Of a DNA stretch of 64,000 bases, positions 32,096 to 49,307 are shown in pieces. The DNA is taken from the NCBI RefSeq assembly GCF_009914755.1, contig NC_060942.1. One strand, given 5' to 3'. Every line of letters begins with the position of its first letter. Within the stretch, counting starts at the first letter, position 1. The translations under genes were made by a program, and so were the position numbers. Source of the DNA: the human T2T-CHM13v2.0 reference genome, Homo sapiens. The notes beneath the pieces were generated by a model. That model did no database searches. It saw only the letters and a list, made by a program, of their open reading frames with translations, and was not told the DNA's origin.

Positions 32096-33112
32096 TTATA
32101 TTTTGACATGATTTTGCAGCAGCTGGTACTGGTTGTTCCTTTCCATGTTTAGCGCTTCCTTCAGGAGCTCTTTTAGGGCAGGTCTGGTGGTCACAAAATC
32201 TCTCAGCATTTGCTTGTCTGTAAAGTATTTTATTTCTCCTTCACTTATGAAGCTTAGCTTGGCTGGATATGAAATTCTGGGTTGAAAATTCTTGTCTTTA
32301 AGAATGTTGAATATTGGCCCCCACTCTCTTCTGGCTTGTAGGGTTTCTGCCGAAAGATCCGCTGTTAGTCTGATGGGCTTCCCTTTGAGGGTAACCCGAC
32401 CTTTCTCTCTGGCTGCCCTTAATATTTTTTCCTTCATTTCAACTTTGGTGAATCTGACAATTATGTGTCTTGGAGTTGCTCTTCTCGAGGAGTATCTTTG
32501 TGGCGTTCTCTGTATTTCCTGAATCTGAACGTTGGCTTGCCTTGCTAGATTGGGGAAGTTCTCCTGGATAATATCCTGCAGAGTGTTTTCCAACTTGTTT
32601 CCATTCTCCCCATCACTTTCAGGTACACCAATCAGATGTAGATTTGGTCTTTTCACATAGTCCCATATTTCTTGGAGGCTTTGCTCATTTCTTTTTATTC
32701 TTTTTTCTCTAAACTTCCCTTCTCGCTTCATTTCATTCATTTCATCTTCCATTGCTGACACCCTTTCTTCCAGTTGATCGCATCGGCTCCTGAGGCTTCT
32801 GCATTCTTCACGTAGCTCTTGAGCCTTGGTTTTCAGCTCCATCAGCTCCTTTAAGCACTTCTCTGTATTGGTTATTCTAGTTATACATTCTTCTAAATTT
32901 TTTTCAAAGTTTTCAACTTCTTTGCCTTTGGTTTGAATGTCCTCCCGTAGCTCTGAGTAATTTGATCGTCTGAAGCCTTCTTCTCTCAGCTCGTCAAAGT
33001 CATTCTCCATCCAGCTTTGTTCTGTTGCTGGTGAGGAGCTGCGTTCCTTTGGAGGAGGAGAGGCGCTCTGATTTTTAGAGCTTCCAGTTTTTCTGTTCTG
33101 TTTTTTCCCCAT
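32096..33112 (-). CDS. L1 ORF1p, full-length 338 aa
   Basis: MGKKQNRK...; coiled coil, RRM and CTD with REKG, ARR and YPAKLS motifs present. Confidence 0.95.
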   Translation of the reverse strand: MGKKQNRKTGSSKNQSASPPPKERSSSPATEQSWMENDFDELREEGFRRSNYSELREDIQTKGKEVENFEKNLEECITRITNTEKCLKELMELKTKAQELREECRSLRSRCDQLEERVSAMEDEMNEMKREGKFREKRIKRNEQSLQEIWDYVKRPNLHLIGVPESDGENGNKLENTLQDIIQENFPNLARQANVQIQEIQRTPQRYSSRRATPRHIIVRFTKVEMKEKILRAAREKGRVTLKGKPIRLTADLSAETLQARREWGPIFNILKDKNFQPRISYPAKLSFISEGEIKYFTDKQMLRDFVTTRPALKELLKEALNMERNNQYQLLQNHVKI

Positions 33113-34020
33113 CTTTGTGGTTTTATCTACATTTGGTCTTTGATGATGGTGATGTACAGATGGGTTTTTGGTGTGGATGTCCTTTCTGTTTGTTAGTTTT
33201 CCTTCTAACAGACAGGACCCTCAGCTGCAGGTCTGTTGGAATACCCTGCCGTGTGAGGTGTCAGTGTGCCCCTTCTTGGGGGGTGCCTCCCAGTTAGGCT
33301 GCTCGGGTGTCAGGGGTCAGGGACCCACTTGAGGAGGCAGTCTGCCGGTTCTCAGATCTCCAGCTGCTTGCTGGGAGAACCACTGCTCCCTTCAAAGCTG
33401 TCAGACAGGGACATTTAAGTCTGCAGAGGTTACTGCTGTCTTTTTGTTTGTCTGTGCCCTGCCCCCAGAGGTGGAGCCTACAGAGGCAGGCAGGCCTCCT
33501 TGAGCTGTGGTGGGCTCCACCCAGTTCGAGCTTCCCGGCTGCTTTGTTTACCTAAGCAAGCCTGGGCAATGGCGGGCGCCCCTCCCCCCAGCCTCGCTGC
33601 CGCCTTGCAGTTTGATCTCAGACTGCTGTGCTAGCAATCAGCGAGACTCCGTGGGCGCAGGACCCTCCGAGCCAGGTGTGGGATATAGTCTCGTGGTGCG
33701 CCGTTTTTTAAGCCGGTCTGAAAAGCGCAATATTCGGGTGGGAGTGACCCGATTTTCCAGGTGCGTCCCTCACCCCTTTCTTTGACTCGGAAAGGGAACT
33801 CCCTGACCCCTTGCGCTTCCCAGGTGAGGCAATGCCTCGCCCTGCTTCGGCTCACGCACCGTGCACTCACCCACTGACCTGCGCCCACTGTCTGGCACTC
33901 CCTAGTGAGATGAACCCGGTACCTCAGATGGAAATGCAGAAATCACCCGTCTTCTGTGTAGGTCACGCTGGGAGCTGTAGACCAGAGCTGTTCCTATTTG
34001 GCCATCTTGGCTCCTCCCCC
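33113..34020 (-). promoter_or_regulatory. L1 5'UTR internal sense promoter and antisense promoter; YY1 site near 34000-34010
   Basis: CpG-rich ~910 bp UTR of the young (129-bp-deleted) type; CAAGATGGCC present; activity inferred from family knowledge only. Confidence 0.8.
33569..33785 (+). pseudogene. L1 ORF0, frameshifted
   Basis: ATGGCGGGCGCC at 33569; one extra C in the 33584-33589 run puts PASLPPCSLISDCC...HPFL out of frame with the ATG. Confidence 0.75.
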
Positions 34021-34629
34021 CAGTGTATTCTTTGGGAAAACAACTAAAATATAATGAAACAGTTTCTAGTGCAAAACTCTTTGAAAATCCCTAAAGAAAA
34101 TTTGACATTGTTTTTGATGAAATTTTGTAAAGTTCCATTAAAGACAGACACAATATACGCACAACCAGGTGCTAAGATACATAAAACTTATGTTTATTTA
34201 TTTTAAAAATTCAATAAAAAGGTTACAGATTTTTCTTTAAATATTCCTACAACAATTATGTATGCTTTTTGAAAACAATTTTCCATGGGTATTTTATTGG
34301 CTTCTGATGCAATAATTATTTCAACTACAATTACGTATCACAAAAGCCAAATAAATTTTCATCCACACTATGCAGAGTGCCAGATTTACACCTACAGACA
34401 GATACTTCCCTAGACTTGATTGAGTATAAAAGTATGTAACATTTTCCTGGTTTCCATTGATATTAGAAGCACAATAATCTACACAGCTTACCAGTGGCAT
34501 CATAAAATAATATATGCAAGTGCTTTAAAATGTTACATGAGTCAAATCACTGTAAGTTATTATTATCACTTCATCACCTGTACTATTAACAGTCATGACA
34601 GCCACAAAATGCCCTTTGAATGGGAGACA

Positions 34630-34810
34630 GTAATAATAATACTGTCATTTGTTAAGAGCCCAATTCGAGCCTGGCACATGACTAGATACTTTATAAGCAT
34701 TTAATTTTCTCAGTAACTGTGAGAGGTTAGTCATATGCCCATTTTTAGACAAAGATCCTGAAATCTAGGTTGTTAAGTAGTGCTTCCAAAATGACAGAAT
34801 GGTGTGTCGA
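34630..34810 (-). mobile_element. MIR fragment
   Basis: ataataatactgtcatttgttaagagc...cccatttttagacaaagatcctga. Confidence 0.5.
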
Positions 34811-34959
34811 AGTTGGACAGGGATCTTCTCTTCCTCTTTTTCTTCCTTCCGTCTCCGGGGAAACTAGCCCAGATCTGACACATGGCAAGAACTTAGGGTA
34901 AGGTTTTCATTGTTTCCAGCCTATTCAGATGCCCCCATCTGCAGTGTACCAAAGACCCT

Positions 34960-34999
34960 TGTATTAGTCAGGGTGCCCCACAGAAACAAAAATAGCAGA

Positions 35000-35039
<40 letters not shown>

Positions 35040-35407
35040 AGAAAGTGGGATTATTTTAAGAGATTGCCTCACATAGTTGTGGAGGCTGGTGACCTCTAAA
35101 ATCTGCGGGGTAGGCCAGCAGGCTGGAAACACAGGGAAGAGCTGATGCTGCAATTTCCATCCAAAGGCTGTCTACTGGCAGAATTCCCACTTCTGAGGCA
35201 GAGGTGAGTCTTTTTCTACTAAGGCCTTCAACAGATTGAATGAGCCCCACCCACATTATGGAGGGCAATCTGCTTTACTCAAAGTCTACTGATTTAAATG
35301 TTATTTTCACCTAAAAAGTACCTTCACAAAAACATATAGAATAATCTTTGACCAAATACCTGGGCACTGTCACCCAGCAAAGTGGACATATAGTATTAAT
35401 CACCACT
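34960..35407 (-). mobile_element. MLT2C/D ERVL solo LTR with an internal (TG)n at about 35001-35036
   Basis: tgtattagtcaggg...ggagggcaatctgctttactcaaagtctactgatttaaatgtt. Confidence 0.8.
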
Positions 35408-35580
35408 ATCCTGCATGAGATCAAAGCAACACCACCCAGTCATTACTTTGCCTGCAGTGAGCCACTTCTGTTTGGTTGAATTTCAAATGTCAGTGATTAA
35501 TTTTTCACATTCCAACACACTTCTCTCCACCTCCTCTGCTCCTACCATGATGCAATCTCCTTCACACCTGAGTTACTGCA

Positions 35581-35643
35581 ATTGCTCTCCCTGCTTCTAT
35601 CATTGCTCTCCCTGCTTCTATCATTGCTCTCCCTGCTTCTATC
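35581..35643 (+). repeat. 21-bp tandem repeat, 3 perfect copies (attgctctccctgcttctatc)
   Basis: Direct reading; embedded in L2-like sequence at about 35540-35990. Confidence 0.95.
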
Positions 35644-36289
35644 ATGCTCCTGTGCAATACGGTAGTTATACAAAGGCAGCCACGTTTCTCCACCACAAAA
35701 TCCTGGGTTGTTTTCCCATTTCACCTAGTGAAAATTTGAAGTCTTTAGAACGACCTCTCAGGCTCTACATGATCTGCCCCGGATGCCTCTTTTGCTCCCT
35801 TCTCTCCCGGCTTTCCCCTGCTCATTCTGTTCCAGCCACATTGGCCTCCAAGCTCATCCTCCAGCTTCCTGGCTTTGGCCCTATTCCCTTGCACTGGCTG
35901 ACTCTCTGCCTAGAACCTTCTTACCCAAATATCCACCAAATTAGGTCCTTCAGCTTTGTAAAGATGGTTCTCATGTCTCCTCCACAGCTATACCTTTAAA
36001 AACTACAGTTCTTCCCCCACTTGCATTAGTTTTCTGTTGCTGCAAAACAAATCGCCGCAAATTTAGCAGCTTAAAGCATCACCCATTATCTCACAGCTCG
36101 GTAGATCATGAGTCCAGGTGGGCTCCACTAAGGTCTCTGCTGAGAGTTTCACAAGGCACCTCATGTTAGGAGGCAGTAAGTATAGTCAGCTCTTTAATGA
36201 ATTTTTCTGTAAACTGGAGGAAATGGAGTGGTAACTGGAGAGGAATTAGGGGCCAAAGGAGACTTTGTTTATTTATTTATGTTATTTTT

Positions 36290-36435
36290 TAATTTTATTT
36301 TTTATATCCATAGGTTTTGTGGGAACAGGTGGTATTTGGTTACATGAGTAAATTCTTTACTCATGTGATTTGTGAGATTTTGGTGCACCCATCACCCAAG
36401 CAATATACACTGAACCCAATTTGTAGCCTTCTATT
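36290..36435 (-). mobile_element. L1PB 3' terminal fragment
   Basis: gggaacaggtggtatttggttacatgag...ttggtgcacccatcaccc. Confidence 0.75.
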
Positions 36436-36731
36436 TTTAATGCTGTCAGGTTCCACGTTATGTTTCCATGCTGATTAAAATGGTATAAAAGACAAATTTT
36501 CCACTGATGGCTGCAGAAGAGAAGGAAGGAGAAAATTATGGGTGCAAAATCACTGAGTAGTCAGCAATGGATCAAATCTGGGGCACAATAGGGAACTGCC
36601 TCGGTTGGAAGCACATGAGGTAACCAATCCAATCAGGAGGTGAGACAGAAGATAGAGGCACAGATGCAGGTGGACAGTAGGACTGTGTGGGGAATGCTTG
36701 GCAATTCTCTTTGGATACTTCCTGGTTTTCA

Positions 36732-38551
<1,820 letters not shown>

Positions 38552-38777
38552 AAGATTGTCAATGACAAGGGACTAATTGAGGCTGATTGCTGTGAACTTA
38601 AAGTAAAGCCATTTAGCATGATTGGTGATTGTTTTTCTCCAGCCATAGCTGATGGGGTGGAGGTGAGGAAAGTTAGAGTTAAAAGTGGTTGAGTTAATTA
38701 AAAAAAGGTGTGTCAATCATGAAACAAGAGTTGGAAATCACTAAAAACCAGCATAAATAAACCAACAAAGGAATATT

Positions 38778-39046
38778 CAGTTGTTCCTCTGTATCTAAGG
38801 CGGATTGCTTCCAGCAGATATGAAAATCTTCAGACACTCAAATCCCTCATATTGGCATCCTTCCATAAACTCTAGATTACTTATAATACCTAACGCAATG
38901 TTAATGAAATTTAAATAGTTGTTATATTGTATTGTTTTAAAATTTGTATTACTTTTTGTTGTTGCATTATTATTTTTTCAAATATTTTCAGTCAGTAGTT
39001 GGTTGAATCAGTGGATGTGGAACCCTAGGATATGATGGGTTGATTG
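38778..39046. mobile_element. MER2 (TcMar-Tigger) element, internally deleted
   Basis: cagttgttcctctgtatc...ctctagattacttataatacctaa...ttggttgaatcagtggatgtggaaccc. Confidence 0.75.
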
Positions 39047-39561
39047 TGTGTTTCTGTGTGCGTATAAATTTTTCATATGTAAACAAATGTGTTTATATAT
39101 TTAATAATATAATACATCGTATATATTTAAGAGAATGTTTCTTAACAGAATTTCTTATATTGTTTATGGTATATGTCTACTGTGATTACACAGTTTGCAT
39201 AATATATGGAATTTCTAATACCAAGTTTACCAGAGAAAACTCTGGGTACATTCTCCCTCAAAGCTCTCAGGGGTGCTAATGTTTCAGGATACATTCTTTA
39301 GAAGGCATGTAACTTTAAGTTTCTCACCAAATAACATCAAATCAGTGTGCTGAATCACTATTTTCAAAAGAAGGAAAGAATATCTAAACTCTTTCTTTTG
39401 AAAATAGTGATATTTCTCTTTCAGTTTTCTGTTATATTAATAATTTCCTAATTTCTCTTAAAGATTTACATTTCCTGTTATGGTGAATAACCTTTTCCTA
39501 GTAATGTAAAGTTAAAGTATATTTATTGAAAGAACAAAGCATTGTCTTAACAGTTCCCCAC

Positions 39562-40243
<682 letters not shown>

Positions 40244-41100
40244 TTCACTTTTCTTGAGCTTCAATCCTTCAAAAGATACTCTAATTCTTTCCCTTTTTAA
40301 GTTAATATTCTTTAATAAATGATTGAAAGAAAAGTGGAACAAATGCATTTATTCACTCATACACTTTTCTCTGCTCACTCAATAGTTTTTTCAGGGTTCA
40401 CAATGGATAAAGTTGAATGAAATTTCCAAATCAAATTGTTTCCCTTCTTGCCAGTCATGAATATGATAATATTGTTTTAGTTTATAAGAAGTTATTTTCA
40501 AGCAAGTTGATCTAATGATCTGTGAAAAGCAAGCCCACTGTTTAAAGATGTCATTATTTATGGAATAATCATATTTTTGGGGTAACACAGTTGTTTCAAA
40601 ATAAACATTGAAGCCTTATTTTAGGCAATGAAATACATCTTAATATTACTTATATTAATATATTAAATATATATTTGGTATTTTAGGCATTTTTAATCAC
40701 CAACATTTTTTTTAATGTGGTCAAAAAATTCTTCACTTTTGGAAATCTTTTGTATAAGATATCTTCTCACAGTTTTTATGAGGCTATCAAAATATTTTTA
40801 ATTAAAATGTAGGCTTTATTAGTGTAAATGCCAACAGAAAGTATGAAATTAGAGTATTTTCTACAGTAGGCAGCTAGCTGTAAAGAACAAGTGGTGGATC
40901 ACAAATAAGACTGTAGCTCAAACATGGTGTTTGCCAGTAGCTGAGATGTAACTGTAGACAACCTAAGCTCTGTTGGGTTAGTTTGTTTACGTCTTGATGC
41001 GTATTTTAAGTTGATGCATTGTTAATACTTAACATCATTACTTCAATTATCTTTTACAGGCTTTAAAGATCTCAGATACTATAATTTTAGAACAAATTTA

Positions 41101-41471
<371 letters not shown>

Positions 41472-42422
41472 TGAATTCATAATGCATATATTTTACAGAG
41501 AACTACAGATAAAGTTTTCCCTTAACCGATCCTGGCAGCCACCGTTTTATAATAAATAAGGAAAGAAATAAATACTATAGCACTAATCACATTTCCAGGC
41601 ACACGGTAGTTATTCAATATTAACAACGGGTATTATAATTTTGAAACAATGGTTTTCAGCTCATGGAAGGTATATTTTCTGTTACTGTAGATGGACTCTC
41701 GAAAGACTTACATCTAATATATTATTTAAATGATGGAAAATAAACTCAATATACTTGAAGACTTGGCTTTCCTTTGTGTCAAATTCAACAGCAGTTCCTT
41801 CCACTTTTTTCCTGTAAGTCACGGGTGTATTTCTAATATTCTAGTTTTTAAAATGAATTATCCCGTAATCGTGGAGCCTGAAAATAAAGATGATTTGAAT
41901 ATACATAATTACTTTGGTGGTTTTATTTCCATCACATTATAAGCAGTTTCTTGAATGTTTTCTATGAAAATTATCTTTGAATATCTGTCACAAGAACCTC
42001 TAGATAATGAAAGTTTAATAAAAGATAGTTTTATTTCATTAAATCATCAGTCTTCTTAGGTATATAATTACATTTTGATGCATAAAGAATCTATAAAAGC
42101 AATTTTTCTGTTTTCAGGGTTTTACCTAACTACAACTTAGTGTAAATTCTACATGTTAAAATAACATGAGGTTGTGAAATGCCTATTTAAAAGAAGTTGC
42201 AAATATGCAAGGTAGAGGTTTCCATGATCTAATTTATACTATAGATTAGACTATGTGGCAGTAACATAATAATTACAATTATTTTAGTGGATCAACAAGA
42301 AGGTTTTACTTGTCTCCCCAGGTGCACATTCCTCCTGGATAGCCAACCCCATTGCCTTGTGTTGCAGTCACCTCAGCATATGGTGTCCAGGGTCTCGATG
42401 GCATAGAAATGGAGCTGGAGGG

Positions 42423-42830
<408 letters not shown>

Positions 42831-44579
42831 TCATTTTACCATGTGTCTAAAAAGAGAAAAAAGAAGTGGAATTAGGTAGATCTATAACTGTATAATTCTC
42901 TTGCTTTTAGAAAATACCACATGATTAATTTTCCATTGTCAATCAATGATATGGAGAAGACAGATGTCATAGCTTCACCTTTTTTCCATTTATATACCTG
43001 GAGCTATTAAGGTATTTTCATTCTACAATAAAATTGTATGATTTGAATCAGCACATTTACAGATAGAGTAGCTTTTAATCTCCGTTAAACCACAAAAATC
43101 TCCTATACTTGGTCCACATTCCCTGCTTCCCCTTTCCTCATGATCACATCCCCCATGAATGTCTGTTCCCACCCTGGTTTATTTAGATGATGACATTTTA
43201 ATGAGAACTATACCATATGTGTGTTTTTAAATTGTGGCCTGAAATTATGTTTAAAGCAATATACTGTACTATAAAATAAATGTCTCTGAATGTAATCCCA
43301 TGTTAATGTCGGCTGCAATTTAGGTTGAGAGCACTGCCTGTCTTCTGGCTTGGATAGTATTTCCTGCAGTGAAGAACACTTAGCATTAAGGAGCAGAATT
43401 TCGGTTGTATTTAATGACTACCTAATGTCAAGCAATTGCCTGGGAAGGAAGGCACCCATATTATATGGTTCAGTGATGGGAAAGCTTATGCTCCACTTTT
43501 CCATTTTTACACTTGACATTGTTTAAATACGAGGTTTTCTACCATGTTATTTTATTTTACAACTTCAGTGAAGAAAGAGAAGTAAACGCTAACATTTGTT
43601 AAAAATAATTAAAATTCTTTTCTTACATGTAAAATACATTATGCTATGTTAGATTGTGTTCGTATATATTTTTTGCATAATGATATGAGAAAAACTCCTT
43701 TATCATCTCCTGCTATTTACTTGTTCTTTTAGACACAGAAGCTGTAATAGCTATGATAGTGGCTGTTAATGTGATATTGTTGTCATCTTAGTATTAGCAT
43801 TGCTTAATCTGGTATCACTGTCCTTGTTGGTCTTCATATGCATGCTGAGAAGCTCACAGAGATGTTACCTATCTGAAGTGGTTCAGATGCACCACTGTTC
43901 AGTAACCTTTTGTGCTGCTTAAAGCACTGTTAAGATTTTTTGGAGATTTACTTCTCATCTGATCTGATCACTAGATCCCTTAGCCATGTATTTGCAAACA
44001 ATGTTGCATTCCCTCTCTGTTGCAGGGATTTCTATAGTTTTTTAAAATATATTTTGCACTTTTATGCAACTACTAGAATTGGTAGTCACATTTTGAACAT
44101 GAATTCTGAAAAAAAGACAAATTTGGAAATGCCTTCTCAATCATTGAGAATGATTAAATTGTATGCGGTATAGGGGAAGTGGGATATCTTATTGACAAAA
44201 ACATGTAGCATATAATAATTGCCCATTCTCTAAATATTTTGAATAGCACAGATTATTATATTTGTTATTGATGTATGGCTAAGCACAGGATAATTCAGAG
44301 CCATTTAAATAACTGAGAAAAAAGGAAACTTTTATTCAAGATGGAGTTCATAACTAAAAAATGAGACAATATAAAATTTAGGAGATAATTAAAATGTTTA
44401 TAACTCAACCAAGAAAAATTATCTATCCTAAACTGCCTGGGACTGCTTGTGATAGCTATTCAATCACTGCAGGGAAGCTCAGGACTATAGATTCCATTGC
44501 ATTAGGTTAACAGATTTATACACCTTCTATGCTCCAAACCAACTATTGTATTTCTTTGCAAAGCAAACCTAATAAAAGG

Positions 44580-45050
44580 AGTAACTGATTACAGATATGG
44601 AAGAAAAAAAAGACCATCCAAATGACAGCAGCAGATAATATATATTCAGAGCTTGCTATAGCAAGGGAGTCAGCCACTTGTGATTGGCAGAGACTCAAAG
44701 GATGCATGTTGGAAGGAAATACATTGAGTGAACAACAGCAACAAAAAGTAATGGTTCTAATACACTCTGATCAGAGGTTGTTTGCATGCAGAAGCTGAAG
44801 GTGAGCTAACTGGAAGCTGGGCATTTTGTGTTAGGTTTGAAATTACACTTCTTTTTCTCTAGTTGGTCCTGGCTTGCAAGAAGGACAAAAGAACAGGGGA
44901 GCTGACAGTCCTGACTATTCTGGGTTGATTGCTGCAAAAGCAGTGGTTTGGCTTTCTGGACAGAGCTACAGAGTATGTGGGTCAGATTTCTGTTGTTATA
45001 ATACGATCTGACCAATAACATCTTTTGGATACTATAATTATTCAACAAAT
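44580..45050. mobile_element. ERV1-type LTR (MER89-like)
   Basis: attcagagcttgctatagcaagggagtcagcc...ggcagagactcaaagg resembles a recalled LTR consensus; the name is uncertain. Confidence 0.45.
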
Positions 45051-45629
45051 ACTGACTGTATGCCAAATATGTTCATTTCTCCCCTCAGAATATTTCATCT
45101 CTTTTTATCCAAACTTTAAGATAGATCCTAATTAACCAGCATATACTGAAGTATTATTTACATCTTAATAGATGTAAATAATATAAATAGGATGTACCAG
45201 AGTCAGTGATTTGTAAATCATAAGAGTTCATGATCTCTTCTTTCCAAATTGGCCATGGGTAAATTTACTGTTTTTTTAGATGCCTTTCTCTAACAATGCT
45301 TGAAAATGTTTGTAAATTACTACATGTATAAGAGCAACAACAAAATACATAGTATATATTCAAATAGTTTGCTCTTCCAAATATGACTTGATTTTTCATT
45401 TTCCTCATCAACTACCTGAGTAGTATGGAAAGACTCTCTTACCATCAAGCACTGTTTCTTCTCTCTCCAAAGACTTGCTTCTGCTACACATATTCTTGTC
45501 TGGTGGATTAGGTTCCTAAGATTTTCTCATTTAACTGTTTTATTACTTGTGTGGCTTGTGTAACTATTTTTCCTTCATTTTAAATTCATTTCCTAATCCA
45601 TTGTTTGGAATTAGAATGAGTTAGAGATG

Positions 45630-46631
45630 TTTTCTTTTTTAAGATATATATTTATTATGTAAACTTTCCTCTTGGTACTGCTTTGGTGGCATCCCATAAG
45701 TTTTGGTATGTTGTCTTTTCATTTTCATTTGTCTCAAGATACTTTGGAAATTTCCCTTTTGATTTTTAAAAACCTTATTGTTAAATTTCCACATATTTGT
45801 GAATTTTTTAGTTTTCTTCTGCTATTAATTTCTAGTTTTATTTTATCGTGGTTGAAAAAATACTTGGTATGATGTCAATCTTCTTAAATTTGTTGAAACT
45901 TGTTTTGTGACCTAATATGTATGCTATCCTGGAACGTGTTCACTTGAGAAGAATGTGTTTTCTTCTGCTATTGGTTACAGTGCTCTGCAGATGTCTGTTA
46001 GATCCACTTAGTGTATAGTGTTGTTCAAGTCCACTTTTTTCTTATTGATTTTTTTTGAATGTTCTATTGATTGTTGAAAGTAGGGTATTGAAGTCTCTTA
46101 TTATTGTAGTACTGCCAATTTGTTCTTTCAGATCTTTCAATGTTTGCTTTATATATTTAGGTGTTTGATGTTGGGTGCTTACATATTTATAAATATATTT
46201 ATAATTCTATCTTCCTGATGGATTATTAATTTTATTATTATGCTGTTCCTTATACAGATGACAGGGTTATGTAGACCTTCTCTGTATCTTGTGACAGTTC
46301 TTAACAAGAAGTCTATTTTGTCTAATTTAAGTGTAGCCATTCTTACTATCTCTTGGTCATCATTTGCATGGAATAATTTTTTTTATACCTTCAGTTTCAG
46401 CTTATGCATGTCTTTGATTCTAAAGTGAGTCTCTTGTAGACAGCATATCGCTGGATCTTATTTCTTTATCCATTCACCCACTCTATCTATTTATTAGAGA
46501 GTTTAATCCATTTTATTTATAGTAATTATTGATAGCTTAAAACTCGTTGTCATTTTATTAATAGTTTTCAATGTCTTTTGTAATTATTTGTGTCTCTTTT
46601 TCTCCCTGTCTTTCTTTGTGATTTGTTGATT
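45630..46631 (-). mobile_element. Old L1M ORF2 endonuclease-region fragment
   Basis: aaactttcctcttggtactgcttt...ctaaagtgagtctcttgtagacagcatat antisense L1. Confidence 0.8.
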
Positions 46632-46636
46632 CCACT

Positions 46637-46870
46637 TAATCAAACTCATAGGAAGCAAAGTAGAATGGTGTTTGCCAGGGCCTAGGGAGAAGGAGAAACT
46701 GGCAGCTGCTGTTCAATAGATACAAGATTTCAGTTTTTAAAGATGAATAAGTTATAAAGATCTGCCATATAACATTGTGTCTACAGTTAGCAATACCATA
46801 TTGTGCACTTAAAATTTTGTGAAGAGGGAAAATCTCATGAAGTTGTTACCACAGTAATAATTTTTTAAAA
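46637..46870 (+). mobile_element. L1MA9/MB-like 3' end
   Basis: caaactcataggaagcaaagtagaatggtg...aagatgaataagtt...cacttaaaatttt. Confidence 0.75.
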
Positions 46871-48994
46871 ACATGGGGAACAATATCTTGCATAAAGTAA
46901 TAATTGAATAAATATATAATTATAATTATTTAAAAAACAAGTTAGAGAAAGATAATATTAAAATTAAAAACTTGCTGAATCATTTGTTTATTTAGCAATA
47001 TTGGTGTCTTAAAGTTAGCTTTATAATTAATTAATTAATAGAGAAGAAGATTATCAGAGGCTTGTTTTTAAGCATTTGGCTCATCTTCCCTGCAAACCTT
47101 AAGAAAAGTCCCCATCAAAAAAATGTAATAGATTGTTTTAAATATATGACTTTGAATTTCTTCAGTAATCTTTTCTTTTTCCTGTAATGGGGAGTGATGG
47201 ATTAGGGAGGAAAGAGAGTCAGAGACAAAGTAGATTTATTACTCTAGTGTAAATGATAACTTTCTCTCACATAACTTATAACTGAAACTTGGTCGGTTAA
47301 CCACAAGAGCCTAGCACACACACAAGCCTGAATTTCAGACTGGCTTTGCCATTTGTGATTTTCTCACTCTCATTATCTGATGCCCTCTTTGAGAGTAAGG
47401 TTTGCTGAAATCCTTTAGCCTATTGCAGTCAACCACAGAGAGAGGTTGTGACCAAGATATAAACCTCTAGTTGCTTTAAAGATGTTTGAAATAAAACTAT
47501 AAAGCTTTGTGCTTGTTGCTGTTGTCTCCTAACCATTACTTTATCCCAAAGTGGTTTTTGCTGTATGCACAAAGAACATTTTTAAAAGTATATGATTGCT
47601 AATCACAATGAAGTTAAGTGGAATTAGTTCTTAGGCTCATTTAATGAGTTGGCAATTGAATTAAGGATGTATAACCATTCAGATTAATGATACTGTCCAA
47701 TCAATGCAACTCATAGAAAATTCAGCTTACCATAAGGTTAGAGTACTGATTCATCAATAGGATGACTAATATGCCTCATAACATATGAGCAATACATGAG
47801 CTAATCTTAGAGTTGACAGAAGTCTGAGGTGTATTTGTTATTCCTGAACATTGTAAAAAATTTCTGAACTTCTGAAACTTTGCTTGTAAAAACAAAAACT
47901 GGTTAACTTTCTAAAATATAAGATATTTATATTAATATCACAGGATATTTTAACGAAGAACTTTAATATTTTCTATTCTTTACCAGACATATCACCTTGT
48001 TTTGAATTCGCTCATATCAGTTACATGGGTAAAATCTTATATTCTCAAAGGAATAAAAAATGCATCGTTTATGTCAATTGTTTCAACTACACACCAATGT
48101 CTGTCATCAAATAGCAGTAAAGTATCCTTGCAAGAATAAATTTTTGTTCATTATTTTATTAAATGAAACCTTGTATTACTTTTTTCTATTAAAATTATAT
48201 ACACTAATATTTTAATATTTTCTAAGTTTATATTTCATATGTATGAATATAACTCATAAGGTTTAATTCACTATAATTGTAATGGCCCAGATAATACAAA
48301 ATATAAGTACTTAAAATTCTTTAGTTAGATGTGTAAAGCATGTTTCAACAAAATTGAAGAGTTTTGATATATTTTCAGCCAAATCAGTTTACACCTTACC
48401 TAAATCATTGTCTTAGTCCTGCCATTCCACATTACATTTTTTCAATTATACCAAGTTAAGCTTATACTCAAACTTTGATAACTTAAAAAATATTTGTTTT
48501 CTTTTTCTCTGTCTCATCTCTACCTTTTCCTTTTGTCGTCTTAGAAATGAATCGCTAAAATACTCACAAACGTGCTGAGCACACAATATCAAGGACACTA
48601 GATACAATCCAGCATCAACACTACTTTGCTTTTGTGATGGAAGAGTTATAAAGACCTGTCCATATAGTAATAGGCTGATGTGTTGCTTTGTACCTAATGA
48701 AAACTTAAGGCAAATGTCAGTATGAGTACTAATTTCTCAATGTTACTGTAGAAAAAAAAATATAGAGATGTTTATCATCACAAAAATTTTTGCTTATCAG
48801 ACTATTGCAAATGACAAATTAAAAAAAAACCTAAATTTTCTTAATGTTGTATCAAAAAGTACACCACAGATAAAATAGGTGTTATGACATGAGACAAGTG
48901 TATAAAAGACAATGGAATTGTATCTTGAAAACATCTTATGGGGGTATGAGCAGCCTGGACATATAAATAAACACTGTACTTAAGAACTACTTCA

Positions 48995-49304
<310 letters not shown>

Positions 49305-49307
49305 TTA

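Noticed and set aside
35415-35999. 194-aa ORF with CSPCFYH x3
   Set aside because: The repeat is the in-frame 21-bp VNTR inside L2-like DNA; no recognisable domain
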